The notes under the pieces are model-generated. The model was not told the DNA's origin. It ran no database searches and was given only the letters and a program-made list of their open reading frames with translations. Positions 35,517-44,962 of a stretch of DNA of 64,000 nt are shown here, one piece after another. Both the position numbers and the translations under genes were made by a program. Numbering within the stretch: the stretch's first letter is position 1; every line of letters starts with the position of its first letter. The DNA comes from a candidate division WOR-3 bacterium. Lineage in GTDB: Bacteria > Hydrothermota > Tepidihabitantia > Tepidihabitantales > Tepidihabitantaceae. The stretch covers positions 64,001 to 128,000 of the forward strand of contig JBBISL010000003.1 of the NCBI GenBank assembly GCA_037441285.1, in the 5' to 3' direction.

Positions 35517-36599
35517 ATGCGGCGCGGCATTGCCGATTTGCCTTTGCATTATGGCTCGGCACCGGCCTGGCTTTTTGAAAGAATGAAGCGGCTGGTACGG
35601 GCGGTTGTGGAAGTTATCGTAGGGGAGTTCGGGGCAGAGGAGGTTTTGCGTCGGTTCTCAGACCCGGTTTGGTTTCAGAGCCTCGGTTGTGTTGCCGGAT
35701 TTGACTGGCACTCTTCGGGTTTGACGACAACAGTTTGTGGTGCCCTGAAGGAAGGAATTAAAGGTTTAGAGCCCGATTTGGGATTTTTTGTCTGCGGTGG
35801 AAAGGGCAGGGCAGCGCGCCGGACACCAGAGGAGATTAATTTTTATGCCGAACGGTTTGGGGTCAATGGGACGATTTTAACCCAGACCAGTCGGCTGGTT
35901 GCTAAAGTTGATTCCAGCGGCTTGCAGGATGGTTTTCAGATTTACCACCATATGTTCATCGGCACCAGGGATGGGAAGTGGGCAATAGTGCAACAGGGGA
36001 TGAATGCGACAACGCGCTGGGCACGAAGGTATCACTGGTATTCAGAGGGTCTGGAAAGTTTTGTAAACGAGCCCCATAAGGCGATTGCTGGAGCACGAGC
36101 GAGTGCCGTGTTGAATATGGTTGCCCGGGAGGCGGAAAAGGCAAGGCAGGTGGTGGTGCAACTGGCACAGGATGTTCCGGAAAAGACCCTGAAGGAGGTT
36201 ACAAGATTAAAAATGCCGGAGCATCACCCGATTCTTGATACGGACATCAGTCCCAACTATTTAAAAAAGGTGCTGGTCAGTACCTATGAGAAACCACCGG
36301 CAGACTTCGCCCAATTTTTACTTACACCCGGGGTCGGACCGAAAACGGTGCGAGCGTTGGCGCTGGTGGCTGAGGTGGTTTATGGGGCGCCACTTTCTTT
36401 TCGGGACCCGGTAACTTACTCATTTGCCCATGGTGGGAAGGATGGGTATCCTTATCCGGTCAACCGCCGTGATTATGACCACACCATTTCCTTTCTCGAA
36501 AAGGGAATCAAAGAGGCAAAACTGGGGCGGGGTGAGAAACTTGCTGCGCTTAAACGGCTTGAGCGATGGTCAGGAGCTGTTTCAACAGTTGAACGATGA
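35517..36599 (+). CDS. DUF763 family protein
   Basis: ADLPLH.G.AP.WL, GFDWHSSGLTT, KVD..LQDGF.YHH, AHGGKDG.PYPV. Confidence 0.9.
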   Translation: MRRGIADLPLHYGSAPAWLFERMKRLVRAVVEVIVGEFGAEEVLRRFSDPVWFQSLGCVAGFDWHSSGLTTTVCGALKEGIKGLEPDLGFFVCGGKGRAARRTPEEINFYAERFGVNGTILTQTSRLVAKVDSSGLQDGFQIYHHMFIGTRDGKWAIVQQGMNATTRWARRYHWYSEGLESFVNEPHKAIAGARASAVLNMVAREAEKARQVVVQLAQDVPEKTLKEVTRLKMPEHHPILDTDISPNYLKKVLVSTYEKPPADFAQFLLTPGVGPKTVRALALVAEVVYGAPLSFRDPVTYSFAHGGKDGYPYPVNRRDYDHTISFLEKGIKEAKLGRGEKLAALKRLERWSGAVSTVER

Positions 36600-37540
36600 A
36601 GGAACTCAGGCGTCTTTTTCCACAGGAGTTTATCGACCGTTACTCAAAGTTTATACCGGATTTTGATATTTTCCTGGAAGCGATGGCTACTCCTTTGCCC
36701 ACGGTTTTCCGGGTTAACAACTTGAAGGCGACACCGGATAAGGTCCTGCCGCTTTTAAGCGATTTCCAGCCCGAACCCCTGCCTTATTATCCTTTTGGTT
36801 TTGTTGCCCGAAAAGGAGAAGGTCTGGGTAAGACCATCAGCCACTTTATCGGACTGATTTATATTCAGGATGCGGCTTCGATGATACCGGCACTTGTGCT
36901 TGACCCGAAACCAGGGGAGCGAATTCTTGATCTCGCCGCGGCACCGGGTTCCAAAACGACGCAAATGGCGGCAATGATGAACAATACGGGTTTGATTGTT
37001 GCCAATGATATTTCCTTAGACCGGGTGCGCGGTTTGATTGGTAACATTGACCGGATGGGATGTTTGAATGTTGCGGTTTGCCGTACCAACGGGCTGTCTA
37101 TCGCAAAGACGATTTCTGGTTTCTTTGACCGCGTTCTGGTCGATGCGCCCTGTTCTTCAGAGGGAACGATTCGAAAGACACGCGAGGCGTTAAATCGCTG
37201 GACCGTAAAGGCGACTCAACGGTTTTCAATGCTCCAGCGGGGTTTGATACGCGCCGGGTATCAGGCTTTGAAACCCGGTGGGGTGATGGTTTATTCTACC
37301 TGTACGATTGCGCCGGAGGAGAATGAAGCGGTCGTAGCGGCGTTGCTCAAACGATATCCTGATGCCGAGATTGTGCCGTTTCAACTCCGAGGGTTTGTTA
37401 CACGACCGGCACTAACCGAATGGGAAGGCGAAGCTTTTCCTGAGGTGGTGAAACGGTGTTGCCGGATTTTACCGCAGGATAACGACACCGAAGCCTTTTT
37501 TGTTGCCCTAATCAGGAAGCCAATAAATGGAACAGATTGA
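36596..37540 (+). CDS. RsmB/RsmF/NOP2 RNA m5C methyltransferase
   Basis: YIQD..SM, LDLAAAPGSKT, DAPCSSEG, YSTCT..PEENE. Confidence 0.93.
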   Translation: MKELRRLFPQEFIDRYSKFIPDFDIFLEAMATPLPTVFRVNNLKATPDKVLPLLSDFQPEPLPYYPFGFVARKGEGLGKTISHFIGLIYIQDAASMIPALVLDPKPGERILDLAAAPGSKTTQMAAMMNNTGLIVANDISLDRVRGLIGNIDRMGCLNVAVCRTNGLSIAKTISGFFDRVLVDAPCSSEGTIRKTREALNRWTVKATQRFSMLQRGLIRAGYQALKPGGVMVYSTCTIAPEENEAVVAALLKRYPDAEIVPFQLRGFVTRPALTEWEGEAFPEVVKRCCRILPQDNDTEAFFVALIRKPINGTD

Positions 37541-37937
37541 TTTTTTGCGGTTGAGGTTTGGATTGCCGGCGAACTGGCTGGAGGGTCTAAAACTTATAAA
37601 AGAACAGGAGACAATTTTTGCCGGGACTTCAGAAGTGATGCAGTTTGATCGGTTGAAACCGTTACGCCGCGGGATACGGCTCTGTCGGCTATTTCCTCAT
37701 TCGGTCAAACCAACCACTTTTGCGATGCAGATTTTAGGGAAATCGGCTCAGAAAAACCTAATTGAGGTTAACGATGAGCAGGCAAAAGGCCTGATCAACG
37801 GCAGTGCTATTGAAATTGACGCCAGGGTGGAGAATGGGTTTGTGCTTATCGTCTGGCAGGGTTTCGTGCTGGGTGTAGGGCTTTATAAGAAGCCGGTTTT
37901 GAAGTCGCATATCCCTAAGGTTAGACCGGTTGAATAA
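37527..37937 (+). CDS. RsmF C-terminal / PUA-like accessory protein
   Basis: Overlaps the methyltransferase stop; KPTTFAMQ..G...GFVL..LGVG..LKSHIPK. Confidence 0.65.
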   Translation: MEQIDFLRLRFGLPANWLEGLKLIKEQETIFAGTSEVMQFDRLKPLRRGIRLCRLFPHSVKPTTFAMQILGKSAQKNLIEVNDEQAKGLINGSAIEIDARVENGFVLIVWQGFVLGVGLYKKPVLKSHIPKVRPVE

Positions 37938-37991
37938 ACCCGAATGCAGGTTAACGGGTAAAATGAGAAGAGAAGGGGCTGAGCCGGTTGA

Positions 37992-38570
37992 TTAAATCCA
38001 GTTGCCCTGCCGCAGCAGTTCGTAGAGGACAACCGCCGCCGCGGTTGCGACATTAAGCGAATTCTTATAGCCCAAAACCGGGATGTCAACAATGCCGTCA
38101 CATAGCCCCAAGACTTGCTGAGAAACACCCAGCGCTTCGTTGCCGAGAACGATGCCGACAGGAAATTGGTAGGTGAAACGATGAAAAGAGGGGGCGCCGG
38201 TAACCGTTTCCAGGGCGACAATTTGCACCCCGTTTTTTTTCAGCTCCTGGACGGCGTCAATGGTTTCTTGGAACCAACGCCAGGGCACGGAATTGGTTGT
38301 GCCCAAAGCGGTTTGCTCCAGTTTTTTATGGGGAGGATGAGCGGTGTAGCCGCAGAGCAGAATTTCCCGGGCGCGGGTAACATCAGCAAGTCGGAAGATA
38401 GCGCCGACATTGAAGGCGCTGCGGAGGTTGTCAAGGATAATGTAAATCGGATGCCGGGGAAGTTGGGCAAACTCTTCGGGAGGAAGGTGCGAATCCCGGG
38501 AGCGAACTTCGTAAAATGTTTCGATGCCATCCGGTGCGGGCAGGTGTTTTGGAAAGCGTGGTGTTTTCAA
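37992..38570 (-). CDS. TrmH/SpoU family RNA 2'-O-methyltransferase
   Basis: LDNLRSAFNVGAIFR, LGNEALGV, IPV.G..NSLNVA. Confidence 0.92.
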   Translation of the reverse strand: MKTPRFPKHLPAPDGIETFYEVRSRDSHLPPEEFAQLPRHPIYIILDNLRSAFNVGAIFRLADVTRAREILLCGYTAHPPHKKLEQTALGTTNSVPWRWFQETIDAVQELKKNGVQIVALETVTGAPSFHRFTYQFPVGIVLGNEALGVSQQVLGLCDGIVDIPVLGYKNSLNVATAAAVVLYELLRQGNWI

Positions 38571-38580
38571 CTTCGTGGTC

Positions 38581-39222
38581 CTATCGTTGGCAAAGAGTTT
38601 TCTGAGCCACGGCGTTGAGTTGCTGGATAAGCCGCAAAGTTTCCGGCAGCGTTTTGCCGGAAACGATGACGCCGTGATTGACCCAGATTATTAAACGGTA
38701 GTTTTTTAATGCTCGGGCGGTGGCACGAGCCAGAGAATATGAGCCGGGTTCAAAAAAGGGGAGCGCGGTAACTACGCCAGGAAGTTTTTTCAGGAATGGA
38801 GTTAGTTTCCGGAGCAGGGTTCGGGGGTGAGGAAAGAGCGCGGTCAAACGCACGGTATCTGAGGGATGGGTGTGGAAAAGGACCGTTTCTGCAGGGCGAA
38901 ACCTTTTCAGGACGCGCTGTCCCAGGATGTGGGTTGGAAGTTCTTTTGTTGGTTTGACCCCGGAAGGTAAGACCCGATAGCGCCATCCAACTTTTTGGGG
39001 TTGAACAATACAGATGGAAGAGTGCGGTTCACGGGCGACTTGTTGCATTGAGACACCGGTGATTTTGGTCAGCAAATAGTCCTCGATTCTGATTGAAAAA
39101 TTACCGGCATTTTGTTTCGCCCAGCCTAAAGCGGCAACGCGTGAGGCTGTCCGCTTGAGAACGGGGAGATAGCGCTGGATAACTTTACCCCAATCCGGTT
39201 CTGGTTGCTGGGGTCGGGACAT
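38581..39222 (-). CDS. Class II aldolase/adducin family protein
   Basis: AGNFSIR, PTKELPTH, HTHP, PGS..LA, W.NHGV. Confidence 0.85.
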   Translation of the reverse strand: MSRPQQPEPDWGKVIQRYLPVLKRTASRVAALGWAKQNAGNFSIRIEDYLLTKITGVSMQQVAREPHSSICIVQPQKVGWRYRVLPSGVKPTKELPTHILGQRVLKRFRPAETVLFHTHPSDTVRLTALFPHPRTLLRKLTPFLKKLPGVVTALPFFEPGSYSLARATARALKNYRLIIWVNHGVIVSGKTLPETLRLIQQLNAVAQKTLCQR

Positions 39223-39335
39223 AGTCTGGATATTACGGGATAGAAGGAGGTGAGTCAAGCCCGCAGTTGGTGCTGGTTATACTTGACTGGCTATTTTGCC
39301 CGATTAGGATTTAAAAAGGAGAAAGGAGTTGAACG

Positions 39336-39602
39336 ATGACAAAATGGGAATACAAGTTTTTACAGATTGATATCAACCTGAGCCCGATCTTGAAGATGGC
39401 ACGCTGGGGTGTACAGGTGCCGGGTGAAAAGAAGGCGCGGGATACGATGGAGGGGGTTGAAGCCTATGTCAATGATTTGGGACGAGAAGGGTGGGAACTG
39501 GTGGCAACGGTTAATGGGTCGGAACACAGCGGAATAATAACCCGGGCGGTTCTGTTTTTTAAAAGACCTTTAGTTGAGCAAGAAACCAATTCGGCAAGAT
39601 GA
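39336..39602 (+). CDS. DUF4177 family protein
   Basis: KWEYK..NDLGREGWELV..FFKRP; SD AGGAG. Confidence 0.85.
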   Translation: MTKWEYKFLQIDINLSPILKMARWGVQVPGEKKARDTMEGVEAYVNDLGREGWELVATVNGSEHSGIITRAVLFFKRPLVEQETNSAR

Positions 39603-40090
39603 GGCTCAACTGGATTGACATATTGACGATTGGGGTTGTTGCGACCGGTGCAGCGATTCAGTTTCTCAGGGCAACAAGGGATTTTTCGCTCGTTCTTTAT
39701 GAAACAGCCCTTTTTATCGGGGCGCTGGTTGCTACGGTGCGGCTTTTTATCCCCATTCATCAGATAATCGGTCTTGCCCCGGCGGTCTGTTTTATCGGCA
39801 TTTTTGTCATTTTATCGGTGCTGGCGTTGTTGATTGCCAGCATGTTCAATCAGCTGGTTGAGTTCGGGTTTGGAGTGTTCAACCATTTCATCGGTCTATT
39901 ACTGGGGATTGTTTGTGGTACGGTGTTCGGGCATGCTGTGCTGCGGACCCTTATTATCGCTTACGAGGTGAGTCGACCTCAGGTGGTTGAGGCGGTGCAC
40001 CGTTCCTGGATGGCAACCCAGGTGCTTTACTTTGGCGCCTTCCGCGAGTTGCTGGCGATATTGCGAATTGCTCGCTACAACAACATTTAA
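39599..40090 (+). CDS. CvpA-like membrane protein
   Basis: NWIDIL N-terminus, about 4 TM helices, N..IGLLLG. Confidence 0.65.
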   Translation: MRLNWIDILTIGVVATGAAIQFLRATRDFSLVLYETALFIGALVATVRLFIPIHQIIGLAPAVCFIGIFVILSVLALLIASMFNQLVEFGFGVFNHFIGLLLGIVCGTVFGHAVLRTLIIAYEVSRPQVVEAVHRSWMATQVLYFGAFRELLAILRIARYNNI

Positions 40091-41427
40091 GCGACGGTGA
40101 GTTCCGCCTTTACCCAGGGTAGAATTCCCGAGCCGGTCGGTTTGGTTTCACGGCTAATCGCCTGAACCGTTTTAAGGCAGTCAAGGGCGTTTCCTTTGAG
40201 CGCCCAGCGTCCTGGTTCCGGGAGCGCGACAATTTCGCCATCTCTTATAACCTGGCCAAAGTAAAGCGGGTTGGTGAAGTCTCCGGTTGTTCGGTTCGCG
40301 GTATGGAAGCCAAGAAGCATTTTTACGAGCAACCCATGTTTAATTGATTTCACCATTTCATCGAGCGACTGATTTCCCGGAGCAAGGTAAATGTCGTTGA
40401 TGGTGCAGCGGACCGGCGCCTCATGTTCCTCTTCGATCAGTACCGGTCGTCTTTTGCCATTGCCGGTTGATTCGACCCCATCTTTTACCGCGGTTGTCCG
40501 GTCATAGAGGTACATCTTCAAGATGCCGTTTTCAATTATCAGGTTTTTCCGGCTGGGGGTGCCTTCATCGTCGGTGGGGAAGGTGTTGCCATCATAGGGA
40601 GCGGTCGCGTCGTCCCACAGTGTAAACTGGTCGGGGGCAACGCGTTCACCAAGCTGCAAGCGCGACATCCCTTCTTGCACCGTTGAGGCATAAAGATGCT
40701 CGGCGACCAGCCGGCGGATGAGTTCTTCAAACATCACTGGATGCAGAATAACCGGTACCTTTTTGCCTCGCATATTTTCCTGTTCGGGATTGGTTTCCCG
40801 GTCGGATAAACTGCGGGCAACGCGGGCGCCCAGCTCGATTACCTGTTCCATGACTTCAGGGTACTTTCTTCCCGCAACAAAGTCAAAATCTTTTGAGTTC
40901 ACTTCGGCAAAGGCAGAAAAACCGGTGCGTTCGGCATAAGCGACTTCCGGGCTGTGCAAGGTGGAAACAAGTCGTTGTTCAATCTCAATCTGGATTGCAC
41001 CTTCAATCGTTTCGATTTTGCCGGTGGCGAAAGCCCGGCTGACAAGTTCACGGGCAATTTCCTGTACTTTACCGGGCGAGTTGAAAAGATTGGCAACCGC
41101 CGGGTCAAAGTTAATGAGTCCATCGGGCAGGTTTTCAATTATGGCAAAGGATGGGAGAGGGGAAGGAGCGGCTTTGACGAGTGCGGTTGTGATACCACGT
41201 TCCAGAAGGTCAAAATTTGGTTCAGTTATCGGGACATAGCCGATTTTACCTCTTTTCAGGATACGGAGGCCGGCAGAGAAGATGTCTTCTTTTAACTCGA
41301 GGGTGATTTCTTTGTTTTCAATCCGGGCACTGAGGACCCGGCTGTTGGTGACAAGCAGTTCACAATCGTCCAGTCTTAACCTTTTTGCCAGTCTTGCTAC
41401 TTTTTCATTGAATTTGAGTAGTTCCAT
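40087..41427 (-). CDS. pmbA: PmbA/TldE family protein
   Basis: TLWDD..PTDDEGTP..LIENG, STGNG, TGDF; lacks HExxH; follows tldD. Confidence 0.85.
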   Translation of the reverse strand: MELLKFNEKVARLAKRLRLDDCELLVTNSRVLSARIENKEITLELKEDIFSAGLRILKRGKIGYVPITEPNFDLLERGITTALVKAAPSPLPSFAIIENLPDGLINFDPAVANLFNSPGKVQEIARELVSRAFATGKIETIEGAIQIEIEQRLVSTLHSPEVAYAERTGFSAFAEVNSKDFDFVAGRKYPEVMEQVIELGARVARSLSDRETNPEQENMRGKKVPVILHPVMFEELIRRLVAEHLYASTVQEGMSRLQLGERVAPDQFTLWDDATAPYDGNTFPTDDEGTPSRKNLIIENGILKMYLYDRTTAVKDGVESTGNGKRRPVLIEEEHEAPVRCTINDIYLAPGNQSLDEMVKSIKHGLLVKMLLGFHTANRTTGDFTNPLYFGQVIRDGEIVALPEPGRWALKGNALDCLKTVQAISRETKPTGSGILPWVKAELTVA

Positions 41428-41430
41428 ACA

Positions 41431-42933
41431 TCACCCCTGAACCGAAAGGCTAACAAACTCGTTATTTTTTATCCTCGTCCACATCGGGCCTCCGTCCCCG
41501 ACATATTTCGTCTGTCCTTTACCACAGAAACCGACATCGTCGATTGAAATTGGTCCAGCGAATCCATCAACATACCGCAAGGCATAAAGGGTTTTGGCAG
41601 AAAAGTTGGAAGGTTTAACCGTTTTGGTAATTTTGCCGTTTTCAACAAGATAGCCGATAAGTACCGAGGAGGACATGCCATCTTTGGACACGGCACCGCC
41701 CGAGGTTCCAATCAAGATTATGCCCCGGGGAATGTCGCTGATAAGTTCCTCAAGTGTTTTATGCCACTGGCGTCGGGAGGCGGGCATTACGAAGGTGTTT
41801 GACATCCGGGGAATTCTGCGGTCACCCAGTTCACTGAATGCGCCGCCGTTGGGGGATAATCTGAAATAAGCTGCGGTTTCCCGATTTAATATCATTCCCT
41901 GTGCAACACCGTGTTCGGCAAGGAGTTTGGTCTGGACCTCGACGCCTTCATCATCGATAAATTCGGCACCAAACCCCTGGTCAAATTTATCAGGTAGTGG
42001 TCCGTCTAAGATGTTTACATCTTCAGCCGCTACCATCCCTTTGGGTTTTCCCTCCTGGTCAATTATTCCGGAACCACCGGCTTTGACGATGTCGGCTTCA
42101 AAGTTGTGGCCGAGCGCTTCGTGAACGAAGACGCCCAGGGTGGTATAGTGTAATACTAAGTGGGTGAGCGATTTTATTTCTTCGGGCGATAGGGTTATGG
42201 CGGTCTGCAACTCTACCGTCTTTTCCATCCATTCCCGGATGTGTCGTGCGGCAAGGCGGCTGAGGCGAAATCCGTTTTTGTTAGATTCAACGATAAAAGA
42301 GTAGGGCAGAGGATTACCCAATCGGACTCGGGTCTGGGTCATTTTTCCATCCGGCCCCTTTACCCGGGTAAAAAGTTGAAAGAAGGTTCGGGGCATAACT
42401 TGGGTTTTGAAAACGCCGTCGGTGTCGGCAATAACCTTCTCCTCGCGCTGCGAGAAAAACCAGAATTCCGGCTTTAGTTCCATTACCGGATGCTGATGTT
42501 CAATCTTATGGGCGATACTTTCCACTCCGTCAATAATCGCCGCGAAAATCCGGGCGGCAGGAAATGTTTTGGGTGCCAGAGCGCCGTAGTGGACCTTGCC
42601 CGGATTGGGAATGGGAGCAAGGCACACCGGTTTTGGGGGCGCAGGCGTAAGTTTGAGGAGTTTTACACCGTCGTCAATTGCCTGTTTAAGCGATGCCAGT
42701 TCAAGGGTTCCGACTTTTAGTTCAACCTTTTTCCCGTCGTCCAGGAGGCGCAGCTGTACCCGGGCTTTAGCATTGAACGGTTTTTGAATTACACGGTCGG
42801 GAAGTTTTTGGAGTTCAATCCGCAACACCCTTTCATAGAGCAGGTCGGCATATTCTACTTTCTGGGCGGCGTAGCGCAAAACCTCAGCGGTTAACCGCCT
42901 GATTTTTGTTTCATCGTTAAGTCGTGGAGCCAT
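41431..42933 (-). CDS. tldD: TldD family metalloprotease
   Basis: FVHEALGHNFEAD, IDDEGV, PRMSNT, GFCGK. Confidence 0.88.
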   Translation of the reverse strand: MAPRLNDETKIRRLTAEVLRYAAQKVEYADLLYERVLRIELQKLPDRVIQKPFNAKARVQLRLLDDGKKVELKVGTLELASLKQAIDDGVKLLKLTPAPPKPVCLAPIPNPGKVHYGALAPKTFPAARIFAAIIDGVESIAHKIEHQHPVMELKPEFWFFSQREEKVIADTDGVFKTQVMPRTFFQLFTRVKGPDGKMTQTRVRLGNPLPYSFIVESNKNGFRLSRLAARHIREWMEKTVELQTAITLSPEEIKSLTHLVLHYTTLGVFVHEALGHNFEADIVKAGGSGIIDQEGKPKGMVAAEDVNILDGPLPDKFDQGFGAEFIDDEGVEVQTKLLAEHGVAQGMILNRETAAYFRLSPNGGAFSELGDRRIPRMSNTFVMPASRRQWHKTLEELISDIPRGIILIGTSGGAVSKDGMSSSVLIGYLVENGKITKTVKPSNFSAKTLYALRYVDGFAGPISIDDVGFCGKGQTKYVGDGGPMWTRIKNNEFVSLSVQG

Positions 42934-42962
42934 AGTTTAGTATAGAAAACCTATATAAAAGT

Positions 42963-42990
42963 CAAGCGGGCTCAGTACTGAGCCCGCTTG
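42963..42990 (-). terminator. Perfect 28-bp palindrome, likely terminator of the RRM gene
   Basis: CAAGCGGGCTCAGTACTGAGCCCGCTTG, followed on the minus strand by ACTTTT. Confidence 0.75.
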
Positions 42991-43006
42991 GTATTTAGTC
43001 TATCGT

Positions 43007-43351
43007 TTACCAGCGCCGGTTAGAAAAACCACCGCTGTTTCCGCTGCGACCGCCTCGGCGCTGACCACGCTGTGGGCGTCCACCAAAGCCGCCTCGGCTT
43101 TCGGTGCGCTCCCGCGCCTCATTTACATTCAACGCCCGGTCTTCAAGCGTATAGCCGTTCAGGCCGGCGATAGCGGCTTGAGCCGCTTCGTCCGTAGCCA
43201 TCTCCACGAAGGCGAACCCACGGGGACGATTAGTAAAACGGTCGGTCACGATATTTACCGAAACCACTTCGCCATGTTGACCGAAAAGGTCTCTTAACTG
43301 AGTCTCGGTTGCGCTGAAGGGCAGATTGCCCACGAACAAGCGCCTTGTCAT
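43007..43351 (-). CDS. RRM RNA-binding protein with Gly/Arg-rich tail
   Basis: RNP2 LFVGNL, RNP1 RGFAFVEM; SD AGGAGG. Confidence 0.95.
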   Translation of the reverse strand: MTRRLFVGNLPFSATETQLRDLFGQHGEVVSVNIVTDRFTNRPRGFAFVEMATDEAAQAAIAGLNGYTLEDRALNVNEARERTESRGGFGGRPQRGQRRGGRSGNSGGFSNRRW

Positions 43352-43517
43352 AACTATCCTCCTGTTATGTTTTCGCTTGAGAATCGTTCAAAAGGTGGGT
43401 TCGCACAAGGATGATATTTAATCTTACTGTGCTCTTACCCGGAACTGAACGGTTCCAAGCCTTTTTTCTTTGGGTTACTACTTTTTCCTGCCGATTGAGA
43501 ACCCGTTTTCAATCGAC
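43352..43517 (-). ncRNA. Putative structured 5' leader of the RRM gene
   Basis: Promoter TTGACT-16-TATTAT at 43551-43524; hairpin at 43490-43517; long rod at 43375-43460. Confidence 0.5.
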
Positions 43518-43663
43518 AATAATATAATAACCAAATCAGAGTAAAAGTCAAGAAATTTGGTCAGGATAAACCGAAACGTCCCGCACCATTTTTCTTCGGC
43601 AAGGTTAGTGTCGATTTTATATTTTGACTTGAAATGGCTTTTTGTTAAGATATAAGACTTTTT

Positions 43664-44958
43664 ATGGTAAGAAATGTAATCGGTATCAGGCGAGAAGATA
43701 AAAACATCTGGGAGCGGCGGGTGCCGTTGACACCGGACCAGCTGCGCCAGTTGATTGTTGAATACGGGCTGAGGTTTGCGGTTCAGAGTTCGCCGATTCG
43801 GATTTTCTCGGATGAGGAATTTCGGCAGGCGGGAGCAGAGGTGCGGGAGGATATTGCCGATTGTCCGATTGTGCTCGGTGTCAAAGAGATGCCCGTCAAT
43901 TTTTTCCGGCCGCAGGGAACTTATATGTTTTTTGCCCATGTGATTAAGGGTCAGCCCCACAATATGAAGATGTTGAAGCGAATGATGGAGTTGGGTTGTT
44001 CGTTGCTTGATTATGAAAAGATTACCGATGAGCAGGGGAAAAGGCTGGTTTTCTTTGGGCGATTTGCCGGGATTGCGGGAATGATAGATACCATTGCCGC
44101 TCTGGGTCGAAGGTTGAAGGTCCTGGGCTGGGAAACAACTTTTCAGGAAGCAAAACTGGCACACGAGTACCAAAGGGTTGATAAGGCAAAGGAGGCGATT
44201 GCCCAAATTGGAGAAGCGGTGCGGCGTAATGGTTTACCAGAAGAGCTGGCGCCATTGGTTATTGGCGTGACCGGCTACGGTAATGTTGCCCGCGGTGCGG
44301 GTGAAATTTTAACGGCACTGGGAACAACATTAGTGACTCCGGCGGATTTACCGGCTCTGCTCAAAGAGGGGAAAAAAGACCAGATTTATCAGGTAGTTTT
44401 CAAAGAGGAGGATACGGTTGAGCCGAAAAACCCTGAGGAGAAGTTTGACCTGAGCCAGTATTTCAATCATCCCGAGCTGTATCGGGCAAAATTTGAACGA
44501 CACTTGCCCTATCTTTCGGTTCTGGTCGTTATCCGCGGCTGGTGACAAAAGAGTATTTGAGGGAGAACTTTCAGCCTGACCGATTCAAATTGCTGGTTAT
44601 CGGTGATATCTCCTGTGACATTGAGGGCTCTATTGAAATTACGGTAAAAACCACCGACCCGGGTGCGCCATTTTTTGTTTACGACCCTTTGACCGGAAGG
44701 GTCACCGATGGTTTAGAGGGGCAGGGGATTGTAATAATGGCGGTTGATAATCTGCCCTGCGAACTGGCGTTGGATGCCTCCCGGGAGTTTGGAGAAGCAT
44801 TGCTGCCATTTATTCCGGTGCTTGCCAGTGTTGATTTTCAGGCTGAGTTGGAACGGTTGGTGTTACCCGGAACTTTACAACAGGCACTGATTCTCCATAA
44901 AGGGGAATTAACACCGAACTATAAGTATCTTGAGAAATTTGTGAAAGAAAGGGGATAA
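43664..44958 (+). pseudogene. Lysine-ketoglutarate reductase domain gene, frameshifted near 44526
   Basis: IGIRREDKNIWERRVPL, GVKE, FFAHVIKGQ, DYE; the second frame continues RYPRLVTK..GDISCD.EGSIE..MAVDNLPCEL. Confidence 0.85.
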
Positions 44959-44962
44959 TTTT

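Noticed and set aside
43478..44206. 242-aa minus-strand ORF opposite the LKR gene
   Set aside because: Antisense to a motif-rich gene and crosses two promoters; no recognisable domain
44543..44545. TGA as selenocysteine or read-through in the LKR gene
   Set aside because: Homology continues in a different frame upstream of the TGA, so read-through would not restore the protein
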